Source: Methanomassiliicoccales archaeon UBA280 (GTDB lineage Archaea; Thermoplasmatota; Thermoplasmata; SG8-5). From it: 64,000 nt of DNA. The notes beneath the pieces are model-generated. The model was not told the origin of the DNA. It did no database searches and saw only the letters and a list, made by a program, of their open reading frames with translations. Below are positions 55,006-63,295 of this stretch, in pieces. Each line of letters begins with the position of its first letter. The stretch's first letter is position 1. The translations under genes were made by a program, and so were the position numbers. The stretch is taken from assembly GCA_002499085.1 (NCBI GenBank), contig DAKD01000027.1, forward strand, positions 12,324-76,323, in the 5' to 3' direction.

Positions 55006-56607
55006 TTAAGGGAGCGCGACGTATTCGGCCACCTTGGCCGCGACCGCCTGTTCACCGAGCGCAGTTTCAAGCTGATGCAGGGCCGATATCGGCCTTGCCC
55101 TGAATATCCTCATTGCACGTTTCCTGCCAACCCCGGGCAATGCCTCCAAGGCGGAAAAAGGACAGCTGTTGATGTCAAGAGGGTACTGCACAGCAGTCAG
55201 GCTCCTGCTCCCCAGCGCAGTTACCTTTGCATCGAGGAATATTCCGGGGGGAAAGTCCTGTGGCACTGCCACAAGCAGCGGATAGGTCCCTATCTGCCTG
55301 GAGAACATGAGCTTGCCGATCCTCACCTCGGTGAACACGTTCTTCAGGATGGTACCTATGGGCGCAACCCTTTCAAGCATGACCGGATCGATCTCCGAAC
55401 GCACAAATTCCCTGAAGCGGATGAATGGCTTCTTGCTGCCCTTCCTTGGGAATCCGCGTCTCACTGGCGATACCTGCCTTATGTTGATTCTCCTGACTGC
55501 CAGGCCTTCTTTCGCTATGCTTTGCAGAAATGCCGAGTTGGCCAGGAAGGTCTCGGGGGTCTCGCCTTCCAGACCGGCGAGGAAATTCAATCCCGGCAAC
55601 AGCCTCGGAAGCCCTGTTGGACCCCTTTCCAGCCCGACCCTGTTTATCATCCTGATGGCTGCCTGTGCCTCTTCCGCTGTCGAGTTAAGATTGTTTCTCC
55701 CGGCCACTGCCGGGTCCGCGCTTTCCAGGCCGAGCGACAGGACGTTTCCTGACGTGCAAGTTTTGACGAGCATTTCCAGTATTCTTTCCGATTCGTCCGG
55801 GTGGCGGGAAATCACCGACGGGTCGGCATTGTCCGTGTGCAGCACCTCTATGCCTTCGAGTCTGGAAAGCCCCTTGAGAACTGCAGAAAGAGCGGAGACG
55901 TTGGGCTTGGGCGTCGGCGTGTCTCCCACGCCTTCCGCCCTGTAGCTGAACAGGCATGACTGCCCGCCCAGCCGGAAATTCGTGCAACCCGCCTTCAGTA
56001 ATGCCTTGACCTCGGAGATTATGCCCGTTTCGTCTCTGAAGACAGGCATGCCGAACAGCGCCTCAGTGCAGAAACTGCACCCACCGGTGATGAAATGCGG
56101 GCATCCGTAGGACATGTCAATCTCGCATACCAGCGGCTGCGGAAAATCCTGATGCTGCTTCACCGCTGAAGCGCCCAGAATCGGCCAGGCATTCCATTCT
56201 TCCTGTGTTCTGCGCCTTTTCTCATCGGAGCCCGAGGCAAGAGTGTCGTAAATCCATGCATCCGGATCGCAGCCCCAAAGATGGTCGCCCCGCATGATTT
56301 CCTGCGGTTCGGCGGAGTGCCATGTCGCTGTTTCCAAGGTTGACAGTTCCAGAATTTCCTTCAATTCCCTGGCAGACATCGGCATGGACCTGAGGTACTT
56401 TCCCGGAACCAGGGCTCCGGAGATTATTAGCAGTAAATCGCCTGTCGGCCGCCTCCCGGAGCGCCAATGGTCTATTGTCATGTACTCGGGCTCGTGGCCT
56501 GCAGCAGCAACCGCGCCCGCACAATACCGGGGGTAGGGGCTCATGAACGGCGGGACACCCAGCCTGGAGGGTTCGTCTATGTACCCGTCCAATATTGTTA
56601 CGCGCAT
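55006..56607 (-). CDS. radical SAM-superfamily protein with C-terminal helix-hairpin-helix
   Basis: It has the Cys cluster YGCPHFITGGCSFCTE, a TIM-barrel-like middle region (LGGQSCLFSY, LSLGLESADP) and a C-terminal LEALPGVGRKRAMRIF segment. Confidence 0.65.
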   Translation of the reverse strand: MRVTILDGYIDEPSRLGVPPFMSPYPRYCAGAVAAAGHEPEYMTIDHWRSGRRPTGDLLLIISGALVPGKYLRSMPMSARELKEILELSTLETATWHSAEPQEIMRGDHLWGCDPDAWIYDTLASGSDEKRRRTQEEWNAWPILGASAVKQHQDFPQPLVCEIDMSYGCPHFITGGCSFCTEALFGMPVFRDETGIISEVKALLKAGCTNFRLGGQSCLFSYRAEGVGDTPTPKPNVSALSAVLKGLSRLEGIEVLHTDNADPSVISRHPDESERILEMLVKTCTSGNVLSLGLESADPAVAGRNNLNSTAEEAQAAIRMINRVGLERGPTGLPRLLPGLNFLAGLEGETPETFLANSAFLQSIAKEGLAVRRINIRQVSPVRRGFPRKGSKKPFIRFREFVRSEIDPVMLERVAPIGTILKNVFTEVRIGKLMFSRQIGTYPLLVAVPQDFPPGIFLDAKVTALGSRSLTAVQYPLDINSCPFSALEALPGVGRKRAMRIFRARPISALHQLETALGEQAVAAKVAEYVALP

Positions 56608-56745
56608 CGGAGTGTCATAGCCCGGCCGGTTTAAATGCTTTTCAAAAGGGATGGGCGGGGTCTGCTGGGGCTTTGTGCGGCGACTTGGGTTATGCTTTTA
56701 TCCCCCGAGGGTTTTGGGTTCTTAGGAAATTGACGAGGACGATGC

Positions 56746-57432
56746 ATGAACCCCGTATCTTGGCTGATTGAATTCATCCTGCACCTGGATTCGAACCTTG
56801 CCTACATGATTGACCAATACGGGCCCTGGGTATATGCAATCCTGTTCATCGTCGTATTCTGCGAGACCGGGCTCGTGGTGTTTCCCTTCCTCCCCGGGGA
56901 CTCTCTCATATTTGCGGCCGGCGCCATGGCCATTGCCTACGGCTCGTTCAATATCTGGGCCCTTTTCATCGTATTTGTCTCGGCTGCCATCATCGGGGAC
57001 ACTGTGAACTACTGGCTCGGCCACTATGTTGGCCCGAAAATATTCTCGAAGGAGAATTCCAGGCTCTTCAAGAAGAAATACCTGGATGATGCCCACGTGT
57101 TCTACAGAAAGCACGGCCCCAAGACAATATTCCTGGCGAGGTTCATACCCATCATGCGGACATTTGCGCCGTTCGTGGCCGGCGTAGGCAGGATGGATTA
57201 CAGGAAATTCGTTGTTTACAACGTGGTGGGTGCCTTTGCCTGGGTGTCCATATTCCTGAGCCTGGGGTATGTGTTCGGCGATCTGAGAGTTGTAAAAGAG
57301 AACATTACTTTGCTCTTCGTGGCCATAATCATAGTCTCCTTCGTTCCGCTTATTCTCGGCTGGCTGTTGGAAAGACGCAAACAGAGAATTAAAGCCAGTC
57401 GCCAAAAATCCACAGCGGGAAAACACCGATAA
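56746..57432 (+). CDS. DedA-family membrane protein
   Basis: Supporting motifs: CETGLVVFPFLPGDSLIFAAG and RFIPIMRTFAPFVAGVGRM. Confidence 0.85.
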   Translation: MNPVSWLIEFILHLDSNLAYMIDQYGPWVYAILFIVVFCETGLVVFPFLPGDSLIFAAGAMAIAYGSFNIWALFIVFVSAAIIGDTVNYWLGHYVGPKIFSKENSRLFKKKYLDDAHVFYRKHGPKTIFLARFIPIMRTFAPFVAGVGRMDYRKFVVYNVVGAFAWVSIFLSLGYVFGDLRVVKENITLLFVAIIIVSFVPLILGWLLERRKQRIKASRQKSTAGKHR

Positions 57433-57470
57433 TTACTGGTTGCCATCACGGAAAGGCTTAAATCCCGCCC

Positions 57471-57479
57471 ATTATATAG
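57471..57479 (+). promoter_or_regulatory. TATA box (ATTATATAG) of the tRNA gene
   Basis: It lies about 30 nt upstream of tRNA position 1 (57508). Confidence 0.5.
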
Positions 57480-57507
57480 ACACAGCACCCAGGTCAGACC
57501 ACGCCAC

Positions 57508-57740
57508 AGCGGGGTGGGGTAGCCAGGAAATCCCATCGGGCTCATAATCCCGGAAGCTTGCTTTCGGGAATGGGACACCCGAAGACCAGTCGTTCAAACC
57601 GAGGGCCAGTGTCTGTAAACAATCACTGGCAAAACTGGCCGAGGCCGTGCCGAATGGTGCAGCTATTCGTGCCGGCCCGAGACGGGCTTGCCCGTCGAGA
57701 CGCAGGCAAAGTTGCTTCGTTGAAAATCGACTCCCCGCTA
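57508..57740 (+). tRNA. initiator tRNA-Met (anticodon CAT) interrupted by two introns
   Basis: Exons join to AGCGGGG-TG-GGGT-AGCCAGGAAA-TCCC-A-TCGGG-CTCATAA-CCCGA-AGACC-AGTCG-TTCAAAT-CGACT-CCCCGCT-A (75 nt). This has the A1:T72 pair and three G:C pairs in the anticodon stem, as in archaeal initiator tRNAs. Intron 1 is 57547-57576 (30 nt, canonical 37/38 position). Intron 2 lies within the T-loop, about 57596/57599 to 57723/57726 (about 128 nt). Its exact junction is ambiguous because of repeated A residues. Confidence 0.8.
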
Positions 57741-57744
57741 TATC

Positions 57745-57750
57745 TTTTTT
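57745..57750 (+). terminator. oligo-T terminator after the tRNA
   Basis: A TTTTTT run starts 5 nt after the discriminator base. Confidence 0.5.
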
Positions 57751-57966
57751 ATGTTTTCCAAAATGCCATAGGGGGAGTGGCCAAAATATGCGATTTGATG
57801 ATTCGGTCTTAATTTGGCCATAGCGCCGAATTTCTTTGACGGTTCAAATCAATGGACGAAATTCGGCTGAGTCGCGGCGATGATTGCAAACACCCCGGAA
57901 CTACGCCGCTCCACTCCCCGCTATATATTTATTTACCAAAGCCGATTCCCCCCCGTGGAGGAAGAG

Positions 57967-58755
57967 ATGCTGCTTCCCGGGGATTCGGACCGGGACAGGT
58001 TCGACAGAGCCAGGCGCATAGCTTGGCTTGACATCGATGCCATTTCAAAAGCCCGGGTTCTCATGGTGGGCGCCGGCGCAATAGGCAACGAGGTTGCCAA
58101 GAACCTTGTCCTCTCCGGGTTCAGGGACGTTGTTGTTGTGGACATGGACAGGGTTGTGCATTCCAACCTGGCAAGATGCCTGTTCTTCTCACGCGGCGAT
58201 GTCGCCTCGGAGCGATTCAAGGCCGATATTGTGGCGGAGGGCATGAGAAGGCTCGATGGAGATGTGGCGGCTGTCGCAATAACAAGGAGAATCCAGGATC
58301 TGGGGGATGAATTCATTGGCGGGTTCGACCTGGTGCTCGGGTGCCTGGATAATCTGATGGCAAGGCTCCATGTCAATGCCCAGTGTTGCAATCAGGGAAT
58401 CCCGTACATCGATGGGGCCATGGACGGCGTCAGAGGTAAGGTGCAGGTCGTGCTGCCCCCTGAAACGCCATGCCTAGAATGCGGCATGAACCGCAGCCAC
58501 GGAAGAATTGTGGAGCAGAGGTTCAGCTGTACAGGAAACGATGTGTCTGTGTTCGTGCCGAAGGTGGGTGCAGAGATCACCACTACCAGCGTAATAGCCG
58601 CGGTCCAGGTCAGGGAGGCCGTGAAGATCTGTTGCGCCCAGCCGGATAAATGCCTCCGCAATCTGGCCTATTACGACGGCATGAAAAACACATTCGACGT
58701 GATGGAGATTGAAGTGAATCCCGATTGCGCGCACCATGCTCGAAAACGGCGTTAA
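57967..58755 (+). CDS. ThiF/MoeB/UbaA-family E1-like adenylyltransferase
   Basis: Supporting sequence: VLMVGAGAIGNEVAKNLVLSGF..VVVDMDRVVHSNLAR, a PCLEC Cys pair, and AEITTTSVIAAVQ. The ATG at 57967 lies about 30 nt after TATA-like CTATATATTTATTT. The upstream ATG at 57880 would place that TATA inside the gene. Confidence 0.8.
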   Translation: MLLPGDSDRDRFDRARRIAWLDIDAISKARVLMVGAGAIGNEVAKNLVLSGFRDVVVVDMDRVVHSNLARCLFFSRGDVASERFKADIVAEGMRRLDGDVAAVAITRRIQDLGDEFIGGFDLVLGCLDNLMARLHVNAQCCNQGIPYIDGAMDGVRGKVQVVLPPETPCLECGMNRSHGRIVEQRFSCTGNDVSVFVPKVGAEITTTSVIAAVQVREAVKICCAQPDKCLRNLAYYDGMKNTFDVMEIEVNPDCAHHARKRR

Positions 58756-59450
58756 TGGTTGATGCGCTCTTTCAGCAGGCGGAACCATATCTTGGCACCG
58801 TCCTTCAGAGAACTGAGCTTGTTGGCGTTGGTTCTCTTTCCGTATGTGATGTTGACCTCGCTGACTGTGAATCCGGATTTCACGCATTTCGCATACATCT
58901 CGGCCTCAACATCGAAACTCGGGGATTCCAAGTCAAGGGCGTGGATGACCTCGTCCGTGAAGCCCCACATGCCGGTGCAGACATCCGACACCTTATGCCC
59001 GTTCGGGAAAAGCACGTTGGCCGTCCGGGTCAGCGCGACATTGCCTATGAAGTTGAGTCTGGACATGGCTCCCTTGGATATGCTCCCGTTCAACCTGGAG
59101 CCCATTATCACGTCCGCCTCGCCTTTTTCAAGGGGCGGCAGCATCCTCAGGATCTCCCCCGGGTTGTATGTATCGTCGGCATCGAGCATGAACAGGTACC
59201 TGCCGTCGAAATCCTCAAAAGCTGTCTGAAGGGCATTGCCCTTGCCTATTCCTTTCTGCTTGAGAAGCCTTGCCCCCATCGAAGAAGCAATCTCGCATGT
59301 CATGTCCTTACTGTGACCGTCCACGACCACAATATCGACCTTGTAACCGAGGTTGGTGAGCTCCTTCTTCGGTATTTTGCTTATCACGCGCCCGATGGTT
59401 TCCGCTTCGTCGAGGGCGGGCAATAATATTGCAATGCTGCTGACAGACAT
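58752..59450 (-). CDS. family-2 glycosyltransferase (dolichyl-phosphate sugar transferase-like)
   Basis: Supporting sequence: IAILLPALDEAETIG, VVVDGHSKD, GKGNAL and the DxD-like MLDADDT. The ATG at 59450 is preferred over the TTG at 59471. Confidence 0.8.
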   Translation of the reverse strand: MSVSSIAILLPALDEAETIGRVISKIPKKELTNLGYKVDIVVVDGHSKDMTCEIASSMGARLLKQKGIGKGNALQTAFEDFDGRYLFMLDADDTYNPGEILRMLPPLEKGEADVIMGSRLNGSISKGAMSRLNFIGNVALTRTANVLFPNGHKVSDVCTGMWGFTDEVIHALDLESPSFDVEAEMYAKCVKSGFTVSEVNITYGKRTNANKLSSLKDGAKIWFRLLKERINH

Positions 59451-59508
59451 AGGCCCATCCGTTAAGGGCAACTAACTCACATAGTATTTATATTTATCGT
59501 TGATTGCG

Positions 59509-59525
59509 GCGTTGCACCTAAAGTC
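59509..59525. repeat. left terminal inverted repeat
   Basis: See the mobile element entry. It is followed by subterminal GACCYTAAAGTC copies at 59532-59543 and 59552-59563. Confidence 0.8.
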
Positions 59526-59561
59526 GCGTTTGACCCTAAAGTCGGGATTCTGACCTTAAAG

Positions 59562-60401
59562 TCATAAAGTGTCTTTGAAAACGAGTGGTTTCTTTGGTGT
59601 TGCGGTTTTTGGTTCATCCCAACGCCCGAATTTTCTTGATGCCATTCCATAAACAAAAACATTATCCCTATAAATGCAATTGAAATTTATTTTCTCAAAC
59701 AATATCTTCATGATTCGCGGCTTAATCATATTGAATCGAATTTCCCGATAGTGTGTTGCACTATCATTGCGCATCTCTATCTCTCCGATGTTTAGCCCTT
59801 TGTAGCGCAATAAAACTTTCTGCTCAGGCATTTGACCCGCTGAAATTGCTCGGGAATTACAAACTTCCATATATTCCCCAAATAAATCGACCACGTCTTT
59901 ATAATAAAACACATGAAAAGCCCCGTCATGTTTTACAGTTAAATAATCTACTTCACCGCCATTAAAAATGGATTTGTTTATGAACGCCCTTAGTCTTGCT
60001 TTGTTTTGGAGTCTTTCGGCAAGTTGTCGCATAGGGGTTCTTAACCTCTCTTTGCTTGGTATTTTATCTAAAATATATTCATCATACGTTGCTGGAAAAG
60101 AATTAATGCACTCTATTAGTAAACCGCCTATCCCGTTCATTACTGTAAAGGCATCGTCGTGTTCAAATCTCCCCAAACCATAAAGAAAAATCTGCCATTT
60201 TGATTTGCCACTTTTAACGGAGTGCGCATCACCAGACGGGTCTATTACGTCTTTTTTGGCTTTTATGTCGTTTTTGTAATCGTGCTCTAAACCAATTGAC
60301 AAAGCAAACTCTAAAGCATCATCATGCCCTCTTTGGCGATACGCCCTGGCATCCTCCGAAGTTGACGCTCTTGTTTTTTTAGGCTTTACGGCATTTTCCA
60401 T
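59562..60401 (-). CDS. putative type II restriction endonuclease (partner of the adjacent methyltransferase)
   Basis: 279-aa AT-rich ORF whose start overlaps the methyltransferase stop by 16 nt. It shows no recognisable family by eye. A possible PD-(D/E)xK-like stretch is DVIDPSGDAHSVKSGK. The call rests mainly on gene context. Confidence 0.5.
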   Translation of the reverse strand: MENAVKPKKTRASTSEDARAYRQRGHDDALEFALSIGLEHDYKNDIKAKKDVIDPSGDAHSVKSGKSKWQIFLYGLGRFEHDDAFTVMNGIGGLLIECINSFPATYDEYILDKIPSKERLRTPMRQLAERLQNKARLRAFINKSIFNGGEVDYLTVKHDGAFHVFYYKDVVDLFGEYMEVCNSRAISAGQMPEQKVLLRYKGLNIGEIEMRNDSATHYREIRFNMIKPRIMKILFEKINFNCIYRDNVFVYGMASRKFGRWDEPKTATPKKPLVFKDTL

Positions 60402-61378
60402 ATTATCAATTCATGTGATTTTTTCACATGACTTCCTCCGTTTCCATTCGCCCTATTTACCCCGATTCTCGTATCGCCCTGGCCGAATGTGTATTGCCAT
60501 TCAGGGGTTATAAATTCGAAATCTTTATACCATTCTCGAATCGTGGAACAGTCGTTGTATGACAGTACGAATCCGCCTTTGTGTTCTAATAGGTAGTCCC
60601 TAAGCAACTCGTGCTTAAAACCCTTATGATGCACCGGGAAATTGCGGTGCGGATATAATCCAATAAACATTTTACTATCGCCACCGAGGAAATATGGTGG
60701 GTCACAATACATGAAGTCGTTTTTGTGTTTTGACATGATTGTTTCAAACGATGCGCATTTAACATCTAAATTACCTACTCTGAATTTACGAACCTTGTCT
60801 ATTAACGTTGCGTATCTTTTTTCATCTAAATATATATCGGATGGCCACCCTAAGAAATGTGGCCCGTATGACGTGTTATGATTGAAATAATACAATGCGG
60901 CCAGGTCTAATTTATTTGTAATCATTTCTTTTTTGTCCCAATGCAACTTCAATATGCTTTTAATCCTCTTAAATTCGTCCCTTGTTGGTTCAAATTCTCG
61001 CAATCTTTTGTAAAGTGCTTCGGGGTGCTTTATCTGCTCACCCCAGTAATTAACTAATATGTCAAATATTTCATAGCCTTGGACTTCCATCCCTAATTCT
61101 TTTGCGCACGCTATTTCAACAGAGCCAGCACCAAAAAACGGCGATACCAGTTTACTTGTGTTATCTGGGATATGTTCCACAATCATACCAACAGCCAGAC
61201 TTTTACCCCCAGGGTATCTAAGCGGAGATTCGACATATCTGCGATATTTCATTTTGCCTTTTATGGGCGTTAGCCTCTTTAGAAATGCTTTTTTTCTTTC
61301 TAAAATTGTTCCGGTCGTTCCAAACTTCGTTTCAGCATTCATATTTTCGCTCTTTCCTGACATTTGGTCAATCCCCAA
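60386..61378 (-). CDS. D12-class (Dam-like) N6-adenine DNA methyltransferase
   Basis: Supporting sequence: LRYPGGKS, SAM-binding motif SPFFGAGS, and catalytic motif YCDPPY. Confidence 0.85.
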   Translation of the reverse strand: MGIDQMSGKSENMNAETKFGTTGTILERKKAFLKRLTPIKGKMKYRRYVESPLRYPGGKSLAVGMIVEHIPDNTSKLVSPFFGAGSVEIACAKELGMEVQGYEIFDILVNYWGEQIKHPEALYKRLREFEPTRDEFKRIKSILKLHWDKKEMITNKLDLAALYYFNHNTSYGPHFLGWPSDIYLDEKRYATLIDKVRKFRVGNLDVKCASFETIMSKHKNDFMYCDPPYFLGGDSKMFIGLYPHRNFPVHHKGFKHELLRDYLLEHKGGFVLSYNDCSTIREWYKDFEFITPEWQYTFGQGDTRIGVNRANGNGGSHVKKSHELIIWKMP

Positions 61379-61559
61379 CTTCTCGAATCCTGAGAAAACT
61401 CTTTCCGTCCTCGCTCTCGATAATCTCCCATCTCAACACACTGCCTTTTTTCAAGCCCATCTGACTTATGATAAACGCGGGTATGGTAGTCCTATAAGAA
61501 GTTCCCTTAGAGGTCGCCGAATGTACTATTGTTTCGTTGGCACTTGGATTTCTTGGCAA
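61368..61559 (-). CDS. AbrB/SpoVT-fold small DNA-binding protein, candidate controller of the R-M operon
   Basis: 63 aa. The stretch TTIPAFIISQMGLKKGSVLRWEII fits the swapped-hairpin AbrB/MazE pattern (xxIPxxxxxxxGLxxGdxvxw). Its stop overlaps the methyltransferase start by 11 nt. Confidence 0.55.
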   Translation of the reverse strand: MPRNPSANETIVHSATSKGTSYRTTIPAFIISQMGLKKGSVLRWEIIESEDGKSFLRIREVGD

Positions 61560-61702
61560 TCAATCACCGAACATACATGGCTTATCGAGTATATAATCTT
61601 TATCTGTCTTTCTTGTTTGGTCAAAATTTACCTATTCATGGACAGAAAGAAAGACCGACATATTTATATAGTTAGTGTGCTTATAGGTAGATAAAGAGGT
61701 AG

Positions 61703-62962
61703 ATGAGATTGACAGAAAACATACTAAACTCGGACATAAGTGAGATAGAAATCGAACACGACGGCGTAAGCATCCCGTCATCGACCAGGCTTGAAAAGGC
61801 AATGAAAATACTGGAACTGGACGACCCGATACATGAGGTCGAACATGGTATTTTCACGGTCAAGAGTCAAAGCGGATACGGGCTTTACAAGGTTGAGGAT
61901 TCTGGCGAATGGAAGTGCAACTGCCCGGATTACATCACGCGCGGCGGGGAGTGCAAGCATATTCTGGCAACGAGGTATTATCTCGAAGTCCAGAGGGAAA
62001 CAATCACAGGCACAATATCCGAGAAAATCCCGATTGCGCCGAGCCAAGCATGGTCGGCATACAACAAAGCACAAGTCATGGAAGGCGAGATATTCGAGAA
62101 ATTACTCCGTGAATTGTGCGACACAATACCAGAGCCAGAGTATGAATTTGGCAGACCAACAATCCCAATCGCAGACCAAGTATTCTGCGCGGTCATGAAG
62201 TCTTACAGCATGATGTCCAGCCGAAGGGCGCACACGTTCCTGAGAGATGCGGAAAAGAACGGAACGCTTACCCATGCACCGCATTTCAACCAAGTTTCAA
62301 AGACCCTATTAAAGCGTGAGATAACGTCCGTATTGCAGAAATTGATAAGGAAATCCGCGATTCCACTGGCCAGCATCGAATCTGATTTTGCGATTGATTC
62401 CAGCGGGTTTTCAACGTCCAAGTTCAACGCTTATTGCGGCGCAAAGCATGGTGTAAAGAAAACCCACGACTGGATAAAGGCGCACATCTGCACCGGAGTA
62501 ATAACCAACGTAGTAACCGATGTAGTTATTACAGACGGGCATGGGGCTGATTCCCCGCAGTTCGAGGGATTGTTGAGGGGTACAGCCGAGTCCTTCGAGA
62601 TAAGCGAAGTATCCGCAGATAAAGCCTATTCATCAAGGCTTAACCACGATGTAGCCATTGAGGTCGGCGGTCAGGCGTTGATTCCTTTCAAGAGTAATGC
62701 AAACGGGAAAAAGCAAGGCTCGAAGGCATGGAAAAATGCTTACCACTATTTCCAGTTGCACCGGGATGAGTTCAACGCCAGATACCACAAGAGGTCGAAT
62801 GTTGAAACTACCTTTGGCGCGATGAAGGCCAAGTTCGGCGAGAACCTCAAATCTAAGAAGTGGGTTGCCCAAGGTAATGAATTACTTTGTAAGATACTGG
62901 CCTACAATATCACCGTGCTAATCGCCCAGATGTATGAGTCCGGCATCGAGCCGGACTTCTAA
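61703..62962 (+). CDS. DDE transposase (IS4/IS5-type catalytic core) with N-terminal SWIM zinc finger
   Basis: The SWIM motif is WKCNCPDYITRGGECKHILA (CxCx(n)CxH). The DDE core is FAIDSSGF ... VSADKAYSS ... and YHKRSNVETTFGAMKAKFG (the Y-x2-R-x3-E-x6-K signature). Confidence 0.8.
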   Translation: MRLTENILNSDISEIEIEHDGVSIPSSTRLEKAMKILELDDPIHEVEHGIFTVKSQSGYGLYKVEDSGEWKCNCPDYITRGGECKHILATRYYLEVQRETITGTISEKIPIAPSQAWSAYNKAQVMEGEIFEKLLRELCDTIPEPEYEFGRPTIPIADQVFCAVMKSYSMMSSRRAHTFLRDAEKNGTLTHAPHFNQVSKTLLKREITSVLQKLIRKSAIPLASIESDFAIDSSGFSTSKFNAYCGAKHGVKKTHDWIKAHICTGVITNVVTDVVITDGHGADSPQFEGLLRGTAESFEISEVSADKAYSSRLNHDVAIEVGGQALIPFKSNANGKKQGSKAWKNAYHYFQLHRDEFNARYHKRSNVETTFGAMKAKFGENLKSKKWVAQGNELLCKILAYNITVLIAQMYESGIEPDF

Positions 62963-63195
62963 TTTAATTTTGATTTGTTCATCATATCTGGTTCTTTTTT
63001 AAGACAAAAAAGACACGGTAATTTATACTTCATTTCACTCGATTCTAAAAAATTAATAGCCTCATTCTTTGTTTCAAACGAGTGCCATGTGCCATGTTTA
63101 TCATCAATCGGCGCACCCATTTTTTTTATTTCTTTACATCCTTCAATATGCAACCGCCCAGTACTTGTTAATTTGTCTAAATATACCCAATACAT
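62959..63195 (-). CDS. small Cys-containing hypothetical protein (transposon cargo)
   Basis: 78-aa AT-rich ORF (MYWVYLDKLTSTGRLHIEGC...LPCLFC). It is convergent with the transposase and overlaps it by 4 nt. No family was recognised. Confidence 0.35.
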   Translation of the reverse strand: MYWVYLDKLTSTGRLHIEGCKEIKKMGAPIDDKHGTWHSFETKNEAINFLESSEMKYKLPCLFCLKKEPDMMNKSKLN

Positions 63196-63295
63196 AGATT
63201 TCCACCTAAATTCAATATGCTCTGAGAGTACTTAATATTTAAGCTGAAACCGACCCTAAAGTATCGTTTCTGACCCAGAAGTAGCCATTTCAGAG

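Noticed and set aside
57588-57605. Reading AGTCG-TTCAAAC-CGAGG as a contiguous T-arm, which would imply a broken tRNA pseudogene
   Set aside because: Only 3 bp would pair, and no acceptor 3' strand follows. The exact complement CGACT plus CCCCGCT occurs about 128 nt downstream, so a second intron explains the gene better.
59753-60183. Two ~70-aa plus-strand ORFs inside the transposon
   Set aside because: They are antisense to the putative endonuclease ORF. They are AT-rich and low-complexity, with no start context.
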